A DNA stretch of 63,947 nucleotides, counting the filler, from Phoronis australis (taxonomy: Eukaryota > Animalia > Phoronida), in the NCBI GenBank assembly GCA_002633005.1. It is 8 parts of 8 records of this genome, joined end to end, with 100 filler letters (N's around TTAATTAATTAA, not from the genome) between each part and the next. Parts side by side here need not be neighbours in the genome. Positions count along the whole stretch, not along the records: positions 23,460 to 39,018 come from NMRA01000786.1; positions 39,119 to 46,769 come from NMRA01001994.1; positions 46,870 to 54,660 come from NMRA01001473.1; 5 more parts are not named here. One strand, written 5' to 3'. The notes beneath the pieces are model-generated. The model did not search any database, was not told the origin of the DNA, and saw nothing but the letters and a program-made list of their open reading frames with translations. A program made the translations under genes and the position numbers. Below, in pieces: positions 34,990-49,472 of the stretch (the first letter of the stretch is position 1; each line of letters starts with the position of its first letter).

Positions 34990-37900
34990 GGTAAAAGCCT
35001 CCCTGTCTTTGTAAACCGGTTTGTAAACTAGTGGTGCTACCACTTTTTGTATTTTGCCAAGCCAAAGAAAAGGTCTATGATGTCCACAAGGCCAAAATAC
35101 ATGCAAGGACACTTGTGAGACAGAAACAGAGAGGAAAATACTAAACAGCCTGTCCTTATCAACTTTTCCTGGGAAAGCTCCACCCTGAGTCTTGGTGAGG
35201 TTGTGGATTGCAGTCTACAGATGCAAGAGACTTGTGGATCACTTGTGGCAAGAAATCTGCTTATGGAATGGTTAATTCTATCCAATAATTTAACATTCCA
35301 AATGTCTCCCGTTTCAGTGGTCACCATTGTGCTAGCATACACTAGTCAATTCACGTTGTATACTCTGGTGGTTTTACATTTTTCCTTTTTTGTGAATAGA
35401 ATTCTTGACTTTTCAAAATGCACCGCACAATTTTGCTGATTTATGTTTACGCACTGTTGTTCACGAGCTACCTTCTTTGGATACTTGCCAAATTCTCTTG
35501 AATCTCCTATATTTGATCTGCCAAGCTGAAATTCTCAGAATCTGAGGAATGTGTAAGGAGAGGTATATACTCCTGACACAATTCCCTGTGGAGTGGAATA
35601 TCTGATCCCTGTCTCTTGCAGGCTACTGGTATCAGAGATGGCAGCATGAGGGTTTGTTTGATTTTATGCTGCAGGTGCTCACACTGGGATGCTGTGGGGG
35701 TCCACAATGTTGCTTGGCCATCAGAGCCCTGTTTGTTAATGGCTGGGAGTTGGGTCTGCAGTTGTAAGCAATTCAACTTTTCCTTTGATTTACGATTTGA
35801 ACAGTCAAAAGTCATCAAGTGCTAATATTTTTTTCATGAATTTCAAATCTGTTTTACAACCTTATTTTTAGGAACTGTTCCAATTTTACCCTAAATTTGT
35901 GTTGTATTTATCACAAATTGTGGCAAAAGGTCAATTTCCTGTAATTTTTCCTTCGTTGGAGTAGAGAATGGATGTGTGATAACTAAGTTCCAATGTGAAT
36001 GGCCAGACAAGCCCCTAACAGTGTGTACTGTAACTACTCTCATATTCCAGAATGTGTAGGCTGGAGCAGAGATTACACTAGACCAGCCACTAGTACAACT
36101 ACTTGATAATCCAAGGAGACCACCTCATATCTGACCCAATTCCACACATTCTAAGCTTTTTTACAAGGTGTTGAAGTTTAAAGGTAACCTACTTTATCAT
36201 AAGAATGTTTCTGGAGTTTTTGTCCTTGTGGGGTCAATGAACCGTTTGCATTCTCTTTACACTGTCTTCAAAATGCTTAGGGTTAGGATCAAGTAATGCT
36301 ACAATGGGTTGAATAAAAGAGGGAAGATTTGACATCAGTCTAATATTGGTGACGGGCATTTCCCTTTGTAACAAAACTCATTGCACTTGGGTTGACCTAG
36401 CAAAAAAGCTAGAAAATTTCAATGTTATAACTGATTTTTCAAGCTTGGACGTACAGCACAACAGTTACACAGTTACAACATTTCGATAGTCTTGAAAATG
36501 AATACTAGAAAGGCACCGACTTGCTAAAAAATTAAAAGCCTTTTCAAACGTGAAATTTGTCACAGAATGAATGCATGCATCCAAGTTAATACCCAGGGAC
36601 TGGAATTAGAAGTACAAAAGTATTTGAGTTGGACATTGAACCAAGAGTGTGTGCTTAAAAACAAGAATTTTTGAGATTGAATTATGGACGCTTACATAAG
36701 GTGAAGGTCAGTTGGGAATGGGGATGCCTTTTTGTCAGGGTAAATAGTCAAAAAAGAAACGTCTGCTGAATATACAAGTTGTTTACAAATATGTACTTCT
36801 TGGAATGTGTGTGGCAACAAGTCTGGTAAGCACACAACCTGTGGCACATTGCGTGACGTAATGAAGATGGGTCTAAAAGGATTTCAAGCCGAACTGGGAC
36901 CTTTTGCAGTATTCGTGTCCTGCTTCTCAGCTCAGCTAAATAAAATATCTGTGATCACTCCTCCATCATAATTTACCACATTTCCTGCCTCACTGATGAG
37001 GCTTATTTTCCATGTCCCTGTGCTTCATGCTGTCTCCTGCAGAGGTCGCCAGATCACATGACCAGTGTAGGTATGGCATCATTGTTATTACAAGCCCAGT
37101 ACTGTAAATACAAGCACTAATGCACACCAGATAAAGACACAACTTCATGATATCAACCTGCTACAGCTTGTAATGGTCAGATCAGTTGACACTTTAATGA
37201 TGTTATCCTTAGAGTTGGCATTGACCTGTAGAAAAACATTGTGTGTTTCATCTCCTGCCATCTTCAGTTGGACTCAGAAATGATATATAAGTAAATCTTG
37301 CTTAATGATCATCTAATCCTGTTGCCTTGGTCAACAACAGTTGTGCTGATAATTAAAGTATTAATTAAAAATGCATTTCCTTTTCTTGAGCCATCTAACA
37401 CAAATTCAAAACTAGGTCACTTGTTACGTATATATAACCTGTCTTGAAAACCCTTTTAGTGTGATAAACCCTTCCAACAAATGTGCTGATAAAAATCAGT
37501 ACCAGGTTGTGGCGAAGATCATGTCGTGTCCTGTTTGATGGTCTTCAGAACATGATATCTGAGAGATGGCTGGTCCTATTCATGTCATACTTTACTATAT
37601 TATAATGCTTAATGCAAAAGGCCATTAGTATTTTTTTATAATTTTCTGTTTTTGCTTGAGGGCTATAAAAATAGGACTGTTGGGAGTTTCATGAAAAAAT
37701 TTTAAGTTGCATCAGATTAAAATGGAGTTGTAGAAGTGGTTTTGAGATATCATCTTGAGTATTTGAATTTTAAATAAAATTCCATCCTGTTATTGATATT
37801 ATTTTGTAATCACTGTATTCTGGGTTTGGCTATTCAAAACACATAGGGGGTAGTAAAACATTTATCTTCTCAAGCAGGACTATGTTAAGCTGTGTAAACT

Positions 37901-38300
37901 TACACAGACCAACTGGAGCATAATGGCTAAGAGTAGGGTCCACAATGAACTTCTTTCACTGACTTTGCTTGGTAATTTCCAAAGGCCTATGTCAAAGATG
38001 AATGGCACTGACATGGTAATACAGCCATCCCCAATATTCTAAGCCACAGTTCCACTAATGTTATCCCCTCCAAGCCCAAAATGGTCCATTCCTTTATATT
38101 AAGTTTTACTAAAAACTACATGGCCACATGACCCAATAACTGGTAGCTTGATAAAACAATCGACACACTCTTGCAGGCTTTTTACTTAATATGGTTTTGT
38201 AGATATTTGGCTAAACCTACAGTCTTGTCATTAAGTTCCTGCAAGATAACCCTTGAAGGGCTATTTTCATGCAATTTAACTTGTGCTAAGTTATAGAAGG
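34990..38300 (-). mobile_element. Possible ancient, decayed LINE remnants
   Basis: CpG-poor region with scattered LINE-like peptide traces (e.g. RLRVELS...RTG); no intact motifs. Confidence 0.3.
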
Positions 38301-38329
38301 AACTAAAAGTTAATGCTTGTGCAAAGCTG

Positions 38330-38577
38330 GGGCCTGTTCCAACAAAACTGAATTAGCTAAGGCAAATCTTAAATTATAATTAATTTTAAAATAAAAGTTA
38401 AATTTGTCTCAAAACCAATTCAAGAAAGAGATCTTAAGTTCAACTTAAGTGTGTGACATAATTTTTGTCTTAATTTTGACTAACTTACCGAATGTGGAAG
38501 TTTCAAAGTTAGGAATTTAAGAAAAATCTTAAACTTAAGTCAAAAATGAACTTAAGTTAGTTTCTTGGAGCAGGCTC
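38330..38577. mobile_element. MITE family A, copy 3
   Basis: Homologous to 5471-5718; CTG on both flanks (CWG TSD). Confidence 0.85.
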
Positions 38578-38771
38578 CTGTATTCCATCCAGTTTAGATA
38601 GGGAAAAAACCAACTAAAGTTAGGCCATTAGTCCCTATTACTCCCATAACATTGGATGCATAATATTCCTTACAATGGGTCGCTGTTTACATTAGCTACT
38701 CACCATGTACACAATTTTTAAATTTGCAATTGTCAAATTCACAGTTTTGTGGTTGGCCAACCTGAATAAAC

Positions 38772-39018
38772 TACCGTAAACGTTCGGGTTAACGCTCTGG
38801 GCGGTTAAATTGGCAAACCCAAAAAATCGGGGGTGGGCGGTTAACCAGACATGGGCGCTTAAACGTGAATTTTCAAGAAATCCAGGGTGGGCGGTTAACC
38901 GAACGTGGGCGCTTATTACGACAGGCAACCGCCCTGGGCGGTTAATCTTACCTCGTACTCGGAACGCGTAGCACTTTTCAAAGAGCGTTATCGTCACGTC
39001 GCCACATGACGGGAAAAA
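38772..39018. mobile_element. Tc1/pogo-type element end with GGGCGGTTAA subterminal repeats
   Basis: TACCGTAAACGTTCGGGTTAACG start, homologous to 54554; truncated by the gap. Confidence 0.55.
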
Positions 39019-40352
39019 NNNNNNNNNNNNNNNNNNNNNNNNNNNNNNNNNNNNNNNNNNNNTTAATTAATTAANNNNNNNNNNNNNNNNNNNNNNNNNN
39101 NNNNNNNNNNNNNNNNNNATCGAAATGCTTTGCGCCAAAATAATTTTTGTCTTCCTCCGGGCCTATAACAGAATACCATTGCTCTTACATTTCTTTAAAT
39201 TCTTGTTTTCTTAGTTTGATTTCCAGTCTCTTTCCCTTAACGTCTCGTCTTTAAACAGGCCCTTGAGATCTTCCTCGGCCACCACTAACACTGATCACTG
39301 TAACAAAACATTAAATGTTGAACACTGAAAATCAATATGCTCACTATTTTCTATTCAAATTTATATGAAACTACGAAATCAGTATCGAACAAATCTTTGA
39401 ATACCTTCTTTCCCCTGACCAAATCAGGTTGCCTTCAAGTGGTGACTTGACGACATAAATGGCAATAAACGCCAAAATACCCTATATTTGCGCAACTCTT
39501 GGCAAAAGGCAACATCTTTTTCTTTTTTTTCTGTTAGTTTGTTGCGCTTGCATCTGAAACTCTCGCTGTGCTATCTTAATTAACGATTTGATACATCGCT
39601 ACAGTATAATTAGTTAATTGTGCAAATGTCTTGTTGGGGTCATGTTTGCGAACTGGACACTGGCAGCCTCTTCAGGTTTTAAGAAATTTTCCGATTTACC
39701 AGAGTCCGTGTTGTCGGGTTCTTTTCTGTAGTAGTACATATAATTTTGTGCACTGTGACCAGTCGGCTTGATATTGCTGAAATTGCTTTCCCCTTTGACA
39801 AAGCAAGTGTAGATCTTTAGTCAGACTGTCTTGAGTCTCAATACTGGCCCAGCATGCGCGTCTTCAACTTCTCCGATAGAGTCAGGTTGTCTTGAGAACT
39901 TTACCAATGTTGTCAGTGGACAATCAGTTTGTCTCTGCATTTTCCAATTAAGCGATACGTTTTGTCATTTGACGTCTATACCTGTACTGATAAGATGTAC
40001 ACTGGGAAGATGAAGCGTCTTCGTGCAAAAGCATCTTCAATGTTGCAACTCTGTCAACGTCTTTGAGTCCTCCAGTCTTGAACCATTAGTGTTTTTGATG
40101 TAGTTTTCGGCTGACACCTTGTTACTAAGCTCTTCCTCATTGGAAACCATCTCTTCCACATTGGCCTGACTAATTCTTCTCCACAGCTTGCCTAGCAACA
40201 GCCTCTGCTTTCGCGACTATCTTGCATCGTCTTTTCAAAGGTGTTCATTTTTCTCGCTACTCTAGGTTTGGAGTTGCACTTGTAACTATGGTAGGCGTTC
40301 CCCATCTGTTTTTGTCAGAACTCGCTCTTGGTATCTAAAAAAAGAATCATAG

Positions 40353-40397
<45 letters not shown>

Positions 40398-40492
40398 GCG
40401 TGTGCGTGTGCGTGTGCGTGTGCGTGTGTGTGTGTGTGCGTGCGTGCATGCATGCGTACGTGCGTGTATGCGTGCGTCGTGTGTGTGTGTGT
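40353..40492. repeat. Compound microsatellite (TA)n(TG)n(TGCGTG)n
   Basis: Direct inspection. Confidence 0.95.
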
Positions 40493-43400
40493 GATGTTAT
40501 TATCCAAGTTAAAATTATGCTTACGACTACAGAGCGCTTAATAAAGCTATGGATTAGTTTGGTATCATTATAATAATGTCATTGAAATATGTGATTCCAT
40601 GTGACTTCACGACATGTTTCACAAAAGCGAACTCATGTTGAGCTTATTACCCAGGTGTCAACGTGACAGTTTGGCTTCGTTCTTTGCTTTCGTAGTTGTT
40701 AACGATCGACTGTTGTGCTCCAGTTTGGCTGCGATTCTAGGCAAACCTTCTGTAATGGCTCTTAATTTCAGAGGAATTGAGACAATAAGCCAAATTCCCA
40801 AATGTGTGGGTTCAGCAGGAAATCCTTGACAATTTTATATGAGAATGTCTCAGAGATTTCCGTACTGCGTAAAATAAAGAGCACTGAGTTAAAAAATTCA
40901 ACTAAGTTATAAACAATAATTTGAAAGACACCAAGTTAAAAACATTTAGATAAAAATGAAAGTCGCGAAATGGATCGTTCTCGGCGGTTTATTGCTTCAG
41001 AAAGATGGATTTAGCTTTCATTTTATGCTGCATTTCATCATAAATAAAATACTCAATAAATATTTAATCTGTGGCTTAGTTATTCGACCTCATTTTAGAG
41101 ACCAATCCTGCGCCATAATAGATCATAACCGTTTAGCTTATAGGAACTTGTCTAGCGGGACCGTCGCATCACAAACTGTGGTGGGCGTGGTCTGGAGAGT
41201 GTTCCGTATACCTGCGAGAAAAGCAAGAATTAATCATGAGACTTCGCAAAGTTACGTAAGTGAAATATGAGTGTTTCGCGAGGCTTGAGAGTTTAGTACC
41301 CCATCTTTGCAAAATGGTAACCTCTGAAGTGATTAGACTGTGCGGCTGCAGTGTCGCACGTCAGTGGGATGTGGAAAAGAAACTAACAGAACTACAAAGA
41401 TTTTCATTCTAAATTCACAATGAGTCAGGACACTTCGTACTGGCTGCGAAAACGTGAAGTATTCACCATTTCAATTTAAAATTACATTAAATATCACGCT
41501 TCATATACAAACGCAACAAGTGGCTAAACATTTGGCAATAGACAACCAAAATAATTTTTTATAACAAGAACTAAAATATGAATCGAAAACAACCAAACAA
41601 AATAATTACACTTTTCGCTCAGGTGGTTCCGAAAATGTTTTCAAAGACATCATGACGGTCATGCTGGAATAATTCATCAACGTCTAGGTTACAGCAGTGG
41701 ACGAGAATGGCCGATGATTTTTTTATTTCGGCCGACGTACAAAATTGTGTTCAAAAAGCCGTGTAGTTTGATAACAGAATTCATTATAGCATGTTATATA
41801 TTACTTAAATTTGATATATATTTTCAAGCGTTTGAATTAGAATAACCCCTTGGGCCCGACTCGGAAATGTTTACTCCACTTATAGATTGCTTGATTAAAT
41901 TTTTCATAGATGATATGTGTATTTTCAAACGACGGTGCCACATCAGATAAAAAATTATAATCTGCTAGATTAAAATTGTTATCTATATAGAAGTTTGAGT
42001 GCTAAATCATCTACGCAAATACTGTTCTGTCATGGTATTGTTTGATATCGAGGGGACCCGAATAACACTGATTTAACAAAACTGCGACACCTCGTGCGCA
42101 TTACTCACCAGTCACCACGTATCTTGGGATAGAACTACCAATTATGTGTATATTCTCAGATTCTTTTCATTTTTCCTCAAGTGGGGTTTAACTAAACTCA
42201 TTTTTTCAGAAATATTGTGAAGCGTGAAACCAAATTTCCTACTTTTAGTATTTTAAAACTAAAGGTCACTTGTATGAAACAGCTCCCTCTGCTGGGGACG
42301 ATCATAGCTTTACTCAAGGGTAGAAACAACTGACCGACGCTTCACGTAAACTTATATATTTTACACGCTGTTCCAATCTAAGTTGATGTAAAGCTTGGTG
42401 GTATTCATTCTGAACTATTTTTTGATTTAATAAAAAATGGCAGTACCACAAGAATACCTAGTGTCTCTGTAAGGTTAGTTTCAGCTTGGCAATATAAAGG
42501 GAAGAGTTAATTGTCAATCCCACTGAGTCGCTTTGAACCTTTGAAAAACTACCTGTGCAGCCGTTTTTTCAAGGATTGAATGCTACACCGGCTGCCCGTC
42601 AAGGTAAGATGTATAAGAGGCAGACTTACACTGAACTGGAGCGACTTCAGGCCAGAACATTCCGAGGCCATCTTCAGTTGCAACACTCTCTTGATCTCTC
42701 TTATGTCTTTTTTATCCGAAATCTCTCTATTAGAACCATATTTCTTCTTTCTTCCCTCATGATTAGAAACCATTTCACCAACACTGCCCTGGTCGAAGTG
42801 ACTGCTTTCTTTCGACGGTCTGCCTAGGCCGCAACTATTTCTCTGGTAACACTTCAGGCTCTAACTCGGGTATTTCGAAGTGGCGCATGTTATGAAATTA
42901 AAAAGTGCAATGGTGAGATGTGTGTATATATGAGAGCGCAGAGCGAGGGTGCACTGCAGTGTGCATGAAGTACAATGATGTCTAACATGAAAGAAGGGCT
43001 CTCTGGAAGTGATCCAGAGACGTAGCACCAACGACGCGGGCAAGTAGGTTGTTCCAGAAAACTGTTGTACAGAAGTTCTGTAGGTGTGCAGTGCGACACT
43101 GGGGTGTCATGGCGTACATACTGTGGCATCTACATGTAGGGGCACTGATGGAGGGATGCAAATAGGCTTAGGTAACGTAATGGCGACGTGCTTTTCGAGT
43201 GATTCCTCAGGAAAGTTTTTTTTTAAGACATTCTTTGCGCGATTCACGTTTGTCGTCTACTGTGGTGCTCCTAGGGTGGATTCCACAGCTTGATTTCGCT
43301 CCTAACACTCACGGCAAAACGTCATTTCAAATACTGGAAATAAGCATCAGTTGAAGTTATCGTCCAATTTTATTCAGGTCAACCGGAAATAAAATGATTA

Positions 43401-45690
43401 AGAATTTCGAAATATATAACAAAAATAGTTAAAGGTTTGGCGGTTGATTCGATTCCAATTACCAGCGAGACATCCTTGCAAGCGTTTCTGTCTAATAATT
43501 TTGCATGAATTTTTGTACAAGTCTGAGTCATTATGAAAACCACTGTAAATTTGTTGCTTGGACTCATTTCAATAATTCTATTTCAACGAACTCGTTCTGG
43601 TGCTAAGAACAAATTTTGTTGATTATTCCGTATAATTTTTTACACAATAACCTCTTAGGGAAAAGAAGCCGGACCGTGCGTCCACAACTAAAATATTACG
43701 TATTCAGGCACAGGGTAGCCTTTGTGTGCTTGTTTTGTAGTTTTAGTGAATCTACCCAGGTTTGCATGGCATTGTGAAAGTCCACACACAGTGTCCTCGA
43801 GGTTCGTATTAATGGGGGAAAGTAAGAACTTGGTTTGAGTCCCTCTAGATAGAAATGTAGTCAACACTCATGATGGTCATTGAAAGAAAAATTGTTTAGT
43901 ACTGACCGATTAAAAATGTATTGCCTTTTGAAATGGATGCTTTTTCAAATGGCATTGATCGATGTTTTGCTGGGTTTACTATGCCAGTATCATGACGTTA
44001 TTACGTACATGGACACTGTAAAAGTCACTACATAACAAACACAAAACCAACAGTTTTGTATTCTTTAAAAGTTGCCTTTTTGAATTTGAAAATATGTATA
44101 AATTTGGATTGTCAAATTTCCTAAGGCTTTTTAGTGTAGGTAATACATGCTGCATTTTATTAAGAATAATGGCCACCATAGAACAAATGCCCAGGCAACG
44201 GAAGTATGAATACGACACCGCTTACACGACTCAAGCGGCATTGATCAAACCGGTAATTTCTGTCAAAAAAGTTTTCAAGGAGACCACTACACTTATCCTT
44301 ATGAAATTGGCATCCGTCGAATTGTTTCTTGATCAAATTTAGACGTGAATATCTCGGGGCTTCGAACGAACTAACAGTTCGCTAGTAGGGACCAACTCAA
44401 GATAAATTTCAAAGTAAAGGGACTGTCAGGTCTTTCCGGGTCCTAAGATCACTTATTAACTGAGTAGGGAAGAACAAGAACAATATAAGACCAATTTTAA
44501 AACGGCTGAGTGGTCTAAATCAAAACTTGTGTTTTTAGCCGGAGAAAGCACTGCCGAGGCCGCTTTATACATGCCACTTATAAAAACACATTGCTACAAG
44601 TGACTGCTACTGTTTATCACAGAATGCAAATGAGGGGGTTGTTCAGTGTAGGGAACTCGTAGTAAGTTGTATGAAACTAAAATATTTTATAATTCTTCAT
44701 ATCGCAAGAGAGTTGAACTATCTTTGTCTGGGGAATCCTTGACCTCGTTTTAGCTTTGTTTGCCTAATGACGTCATCGGAAGCAAGCCTCGTTTGTGATT
44801 TTGACCCGATAAATCCTCAGGTGTTAATCTCTAAGTTACAGTGAAGTTTCTTTGGACTGGGATCATTTTGAACCTATTTGAGAAGATGTGAAGATCCCAA
44901 AGAGTGTACTACTACAAGTCTCCGCCATCAACAAACTGTTCTTCTCTTTCATCATTCCGTTCCATTCATTATCCTCAGCGAGTACCTGTGGACAATATCC
45001 CCATTCACTTGGACAGGCTGAATCAGCCAGGGTTCAACGAGTAAACATTACCCCGTTTGACTACGCCTTGAACTGCGAAAAGAAGCCGCTCATGGATTAT
45101 TGTTTTTGACATTTCGTCCTCATCGAAAAGAATGGCGTATGCTGTAAAGACATTTGCTTTATTTGGTGTTGTATTATTTGAGGTAAGCTCCAGTGAATAT
45201 ATGGATGGTATGTAACCTCCAGCACCAAGATCAAGATATTTTACGTTCCTGCGTGTTGGTTTGTGTGATTGTCAAAACAAGTCCAGACTAAAAAGAGATT
45301 CCTGATCTCATGGTCACTTATTTCTTGAGTTTGTAGTTACATTTAGTAATAACTGAAAACTAGATCTGTGTTATATAGGCAGCTAAGTGTGTGAAGTCCA
45401 GAGTGTGTGTCATCATGCAGGGAACCATTTTCTGTTAACATCACATGGATTGTGAAAGTTTACACTGCCTGGTGCCTGGGTAGGTCTGCTCATCACCTCG
45501 TTGTGAAACTTATATTAGCATGTAGAGCTAACGACCAGTTGGTGTGCATGCAAAATCTGAGAGTCAATTGACATCCTCATGGGTGGCGCCGCACTGAAAA
45601 AAGTGGGGGGCTAAAGCCTCCTCAGCCCCCCTGTGGTGCATGGCCTATAGACCATGTGTAGCGTAGCACTGGAAAAAGTGGGGGCTATAG

Positions 45691-46769
45691 CCCCCTATGG
45701 TGCGCCGCCCATGATCCTTCCCACTACTGCTGTTTCAGTGAAAAACGATCTAATATATGTAATTTTCTTACATATGTCATAATTCTCCGGTAACAAAGGA
45801 ACGTCTGTCATCGACAGTACGCTTGGTATGCTTGTAATACTCATACGCGTAATTTGCTAAATTTTTGCATCTTCTTTCATAAGATCATGGCAACTTCACC
45901 AAAGCAAAATTTGCTCAGAAATTCGGTTTGCTGGATTAAAGTACTAAAAACCTACATGTCGAAGTGAAACCAGTTCCGATAATTTGTTGTGACTTGTACA
46001 TAAGTTTGTGGAAGAAGAGCAGTGGGTTGAAGAATCGGCAACAAAAAGAAATAATCTGAAAGGTGACTCTCCATTTCTATACACTGAATGTTGCCGCATG
46101 AGATCGCTCTGTAAATTTAGCCGCAGAATAACGGTAGATTCGGGCAAAGCAAAAATGTATAGCTCAAGTAATTATTTACTTTACTCAAGGAAACGCTTGG
46201 TTTTTAATTTTGAGTCAGATTTTCTTTGGCNCCCCCTATGGTGCGCCGCCCATGATTCTGCCCACTACTGCTGTTTCTGTGAAAAACGATCTAATATATG
46301 TAATTTTCTTACATATGTCATAATTCTCCGGTAACAAAGGAACGTCTGTCATCGACAGTACGCTTGGTATGCTTGTAATACTCATACGCGTAATTTGCTA
46401 AATTTTTGCATCTTTTTTCATAAGATCATGGCAACTTCACCAAAGCAAAATTTGCTCAGAAATTCGGTTTGCTGGATTAAAATACTAAAAACCTACATGT
46501 CGAAGTGAAACCAGTTCCGATAATTTGTTGTGACTTGTACATAAGTTTGTGGAAGAAGAGCAGTGGGTTGAAGAATCGGCAAAAAAAGAAATAATCTGAA
46601 AGGTGACTCTCCATTTCTATACACTGAAAGTTGCCGCATGAGATCGCTCTGTAAATTTAGCCGCAGAATAACGGTAGATTCGGGCAAAGCAACAATGTAT
46701 AGCTCAAGTAATTATTTACTTTACTCAAGGAAACGCTTGGTTTTTAATTTTGAGTCAGATTTTCTTTGG
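45691..46769. repeat. Near-identical tandem duplication of about 540 bp, split by a single N
   Basis: 45691-46229 vs 46232-46769; N at 46231; followed by a gap. Confidence 0.9.
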
Positions 46770-46869
46770 NNNNNNNNNNNNNNNNNNNNNNNNNNNNNNN
46801 NNNNNNNNNNNNNTTAATTAATTAANNNNNNNNNNNNNNNNNNNNNNNNNNNNNNNNNNNNNNNNNNNN

Positions 46870-47743
46870 GCAGTTGTGGGAAAAGTCGTGTGAGAAGTTT
46901 GTGCTGCCCTTATTTCGGTATGTGTGCCTACGTTTTGTAGGGTTTCTAAAAGACGAGGAGGGGAGGGAAGTTAAAAAAAGTTCGCTTCCCTGTCAGGTAC
47001 CGACATTTCTCATCATAACTTAGTCATCTATAATTCTTCAATCCCCAAATGGAATTCCAGATTTTGATTGCCGATTTCTAAGTAGACGTCTCATCCCGTT
47101 CACTGACACTGGTGAACTCTGAATGCCTGCACAAGTATTGTTTTTTACTCACGTGCCAAATGTCAACTCACTTGATACATCCCGGTAAAATACAAAGATA
47201 CAGTATCAAAGTTTGACATCAGCGTAGGCCTACACAGCAATGGGTTTTATGTCAAGACTAAATTAGCAACAGAGATGTGATGTGATAAGCTGTTACATAT
47301 TTCTTAAGACATTTTCGGGACTGGGTGAGGAGCTAAAAAAGTAAAGCTTAATAATTGCCAAATGTATCAAAGAAATGGCATAAGAATATTTATTGAAACT
47401 AAAAAATGAATAACAGTTACAGAACACTCAGAATTCCATGTTATAGACATACTCATGTAGTTGTAGCGACAGCAGACGATAACGTAGGCCTAGTTCTTGG
47501 GGTGGTCTATTCCAATAGGGAGCGATGAATTAGCACGGCTTTGCGTGATTTTGCATTTCACATCATTAAAGAGTTCCATAGCAACTCGAGTATGAGTGTC
47601 AGATTTGAGTACGTTTGGAGTCTACTCGAAATACGACATTAGATACGCTTTTTTGAGTACGACTCCAGTGAGCATGATTTTGAGTATTGAAATCTCGAGT
47701 ATGAGTATGAGTCTGAGTACGGAGATTGGAGACCGGGCCCAGG
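46870..47743 (+). repeat. Dispersed repeat, copy 2
   Basis: Homologous to 15579-16443. Confidence 0.85.
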
Positions 47744-48450
47744 TATGAGCAGTTTCAACCACAGTTAATAATGATTGGGACTATTTCTCCTGTAAACATT
47801 AATACCAATTGGAGGTGATGAGGATCAATTTATAGTAATCTTTTGAATGTCTCCAATGTAAGTGGTGCACCTGGAAGGTATGTATCCACATTCCAGTCTC
47901 AGTCAGAGCCGGGCTTAAGTTATCAATAGAGCAATTCTATTCACCGTTACATCCAATAAAGGAATATGTTAACTACAAACTTCATGAACATACATCCAAG
48001 GGTTTTGGAGATAGAACATCGGACACCGCATGGACAGACAGGGATGACCGCAAAATGTACTCATATATAAATTATGGGCACATAAAAAGGCTGATTGGCT
48101 TGCTATAACTTTGACAAACTATTGCTGGTATTCATTTACACCTGAGACAATTGAAGACTAAAGGTTGAAAAAATTTGATTACTTGCACACTAGTCAGTAA
48201 CATAATTTCTAAAACTAATACTGGTATACGTGTAATCTACACCAACATCTAACCTATTTACGTTTTGGTCTATTATTTCACTGGTCATCTTCAGGTGTTA
48301 CAAATAAATGCAATAGAGTTTGATGTAAATAAAACAAATTTTAGAAATTAATTTATTGGATTTAACTACCTCAACGTGGCTTAAAGGAGTTTACTCTGAA
48401 TATGCTCATTTTAAAAGTCTTAATGGAAAAGACACAAGACAGTAACTCAC

Positions 48451-48606
48451 TTTGAAGTTGAAGACACACAGTCCATATCCCAGGGCTATGATGAGCAATA
48501 CACCAGCCAGGGCGATCAAAACAAAGGGAACAATCCGAGTGACCATCAGCGGTACCTGCACACTGCTCTTGAATTTGTTCGCATCCTTGTCATCAACAAC
48601 AAAGTT
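48451..48606 (-). CDS. CD36/SCARB family receptor, C-terminal transmembrane exon
   Basis: NFVVDDKDANKFKSSVQVPLMVTRIVPFVLIALAGVLLIIALGYGLCVFNFK; acceptor ttgcag, donor gtgagt; phase 0 to 0. Terminal exon not identified. Confidence 0.88.
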
Positions 48607-49420
48607 CTGCAATCAAAATAGTAATGAGATTAGTAATTTGCGACAATTTTCTATTTCACAAATCCAACACAATTACTAAGTTCCTCGTGAACTAAAAATA
48701 AAATGACAACTAGTACAGAGCACATCTCAACAAGTATAGCAAAACTTGTATAGAATCTCCCACTTACTGCAGCAATATGAAGTCTATATGACGTCAATAA
48801 ATGCAAAACAACAATCCACCCATCTGTTGTTTTCTTTCAAAAGGTTTCAAATACTACCTGCCGAGTGAGTGATAAACCTGGGCTGTGCAAATTTAAAAAC
48901 TAATTGCCACATTGCCATAGCAAAAGAGTGAACAAAAAATATCATTGAAGTGATGTCTACAGTAGTGTTGGGTAACAGTTAATCACAAACTTAAAACGAG
49001 AGGTTTTTTGTTGGTACACATATATCTTAGAAAAATCAATAAGATTACACTTTGGCTCTTTTATTTCAAAGTTCTTGACTGGAACTGACTTTTGCCAAGT
49101 GTTCGATTTCAAAACAGTAACTTTTGAAAAAGGAGAGGGCCCATGTTTACGGGAAAAATGTAACTTCTGTTTCTAGAAATTATACATCTTTCCATAGTAA
49201 AGGGTACTCTCCTGTGGGGACACATTCTTGGAGAGTCTGGGAAATTTTCCCCTTGCTCCGGCACTGCAAGCAATAGGAAGCTGTCCAATCAGATGTTTAA
49301 GCCAGTTTCGAAATCATATGGAAAATGGACTGGTCTACATCAAAGGTTTTTTGAAGGGAAGATGGGACCATAGCGTGAACACAAAAAAGACTTAAAACAA
49401 ATTTATTTAGGACGACTTAC

Positions 49421-49472
49421 CTCATCAGCATACAAGATAGGGAAATACACCGGCTTGACATTCTCCAAGTTA
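49421..49472 (-). CDS. CD36/SCARB exon
   Basis: (S)NLENVKPVYFPILYADE (FPxxyxnE motif); acceptor tttcag, donor gtaagt; phase 2 to 0. Confidence 0.88.

Noticed and set aside
35790-35820. LMTFDC peptide resembling ODC MMTFDS
   Set aside because: No flanking ODC similarity or donor site, and it lies upstream of the intervening SDR exons; chance match.
40286-40573. His/Thr- and Cys/Val-rich ORFs
   Set aside because: Translations of the TG microsatellite.
41130-41260. NCGGRGLESVP LRRNT-like peptide or small exon
   Set aside because: Bounded by stops with no adjacent LRR sequence; insufficient support.
45691-46769. 540-bp tandem duplication as a biological event
   Set aside because: The copies are separated by a single N and differ at allele-like levels; most likely an unmerged contig or haplotype overlap.
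44990-47870. Candidate terminal exons for the SCARB gene (acceptors near 47870 and 45141)
   Set aside because: Several plausible acceptors with no recognisable homology; cannot choose without transcript data.
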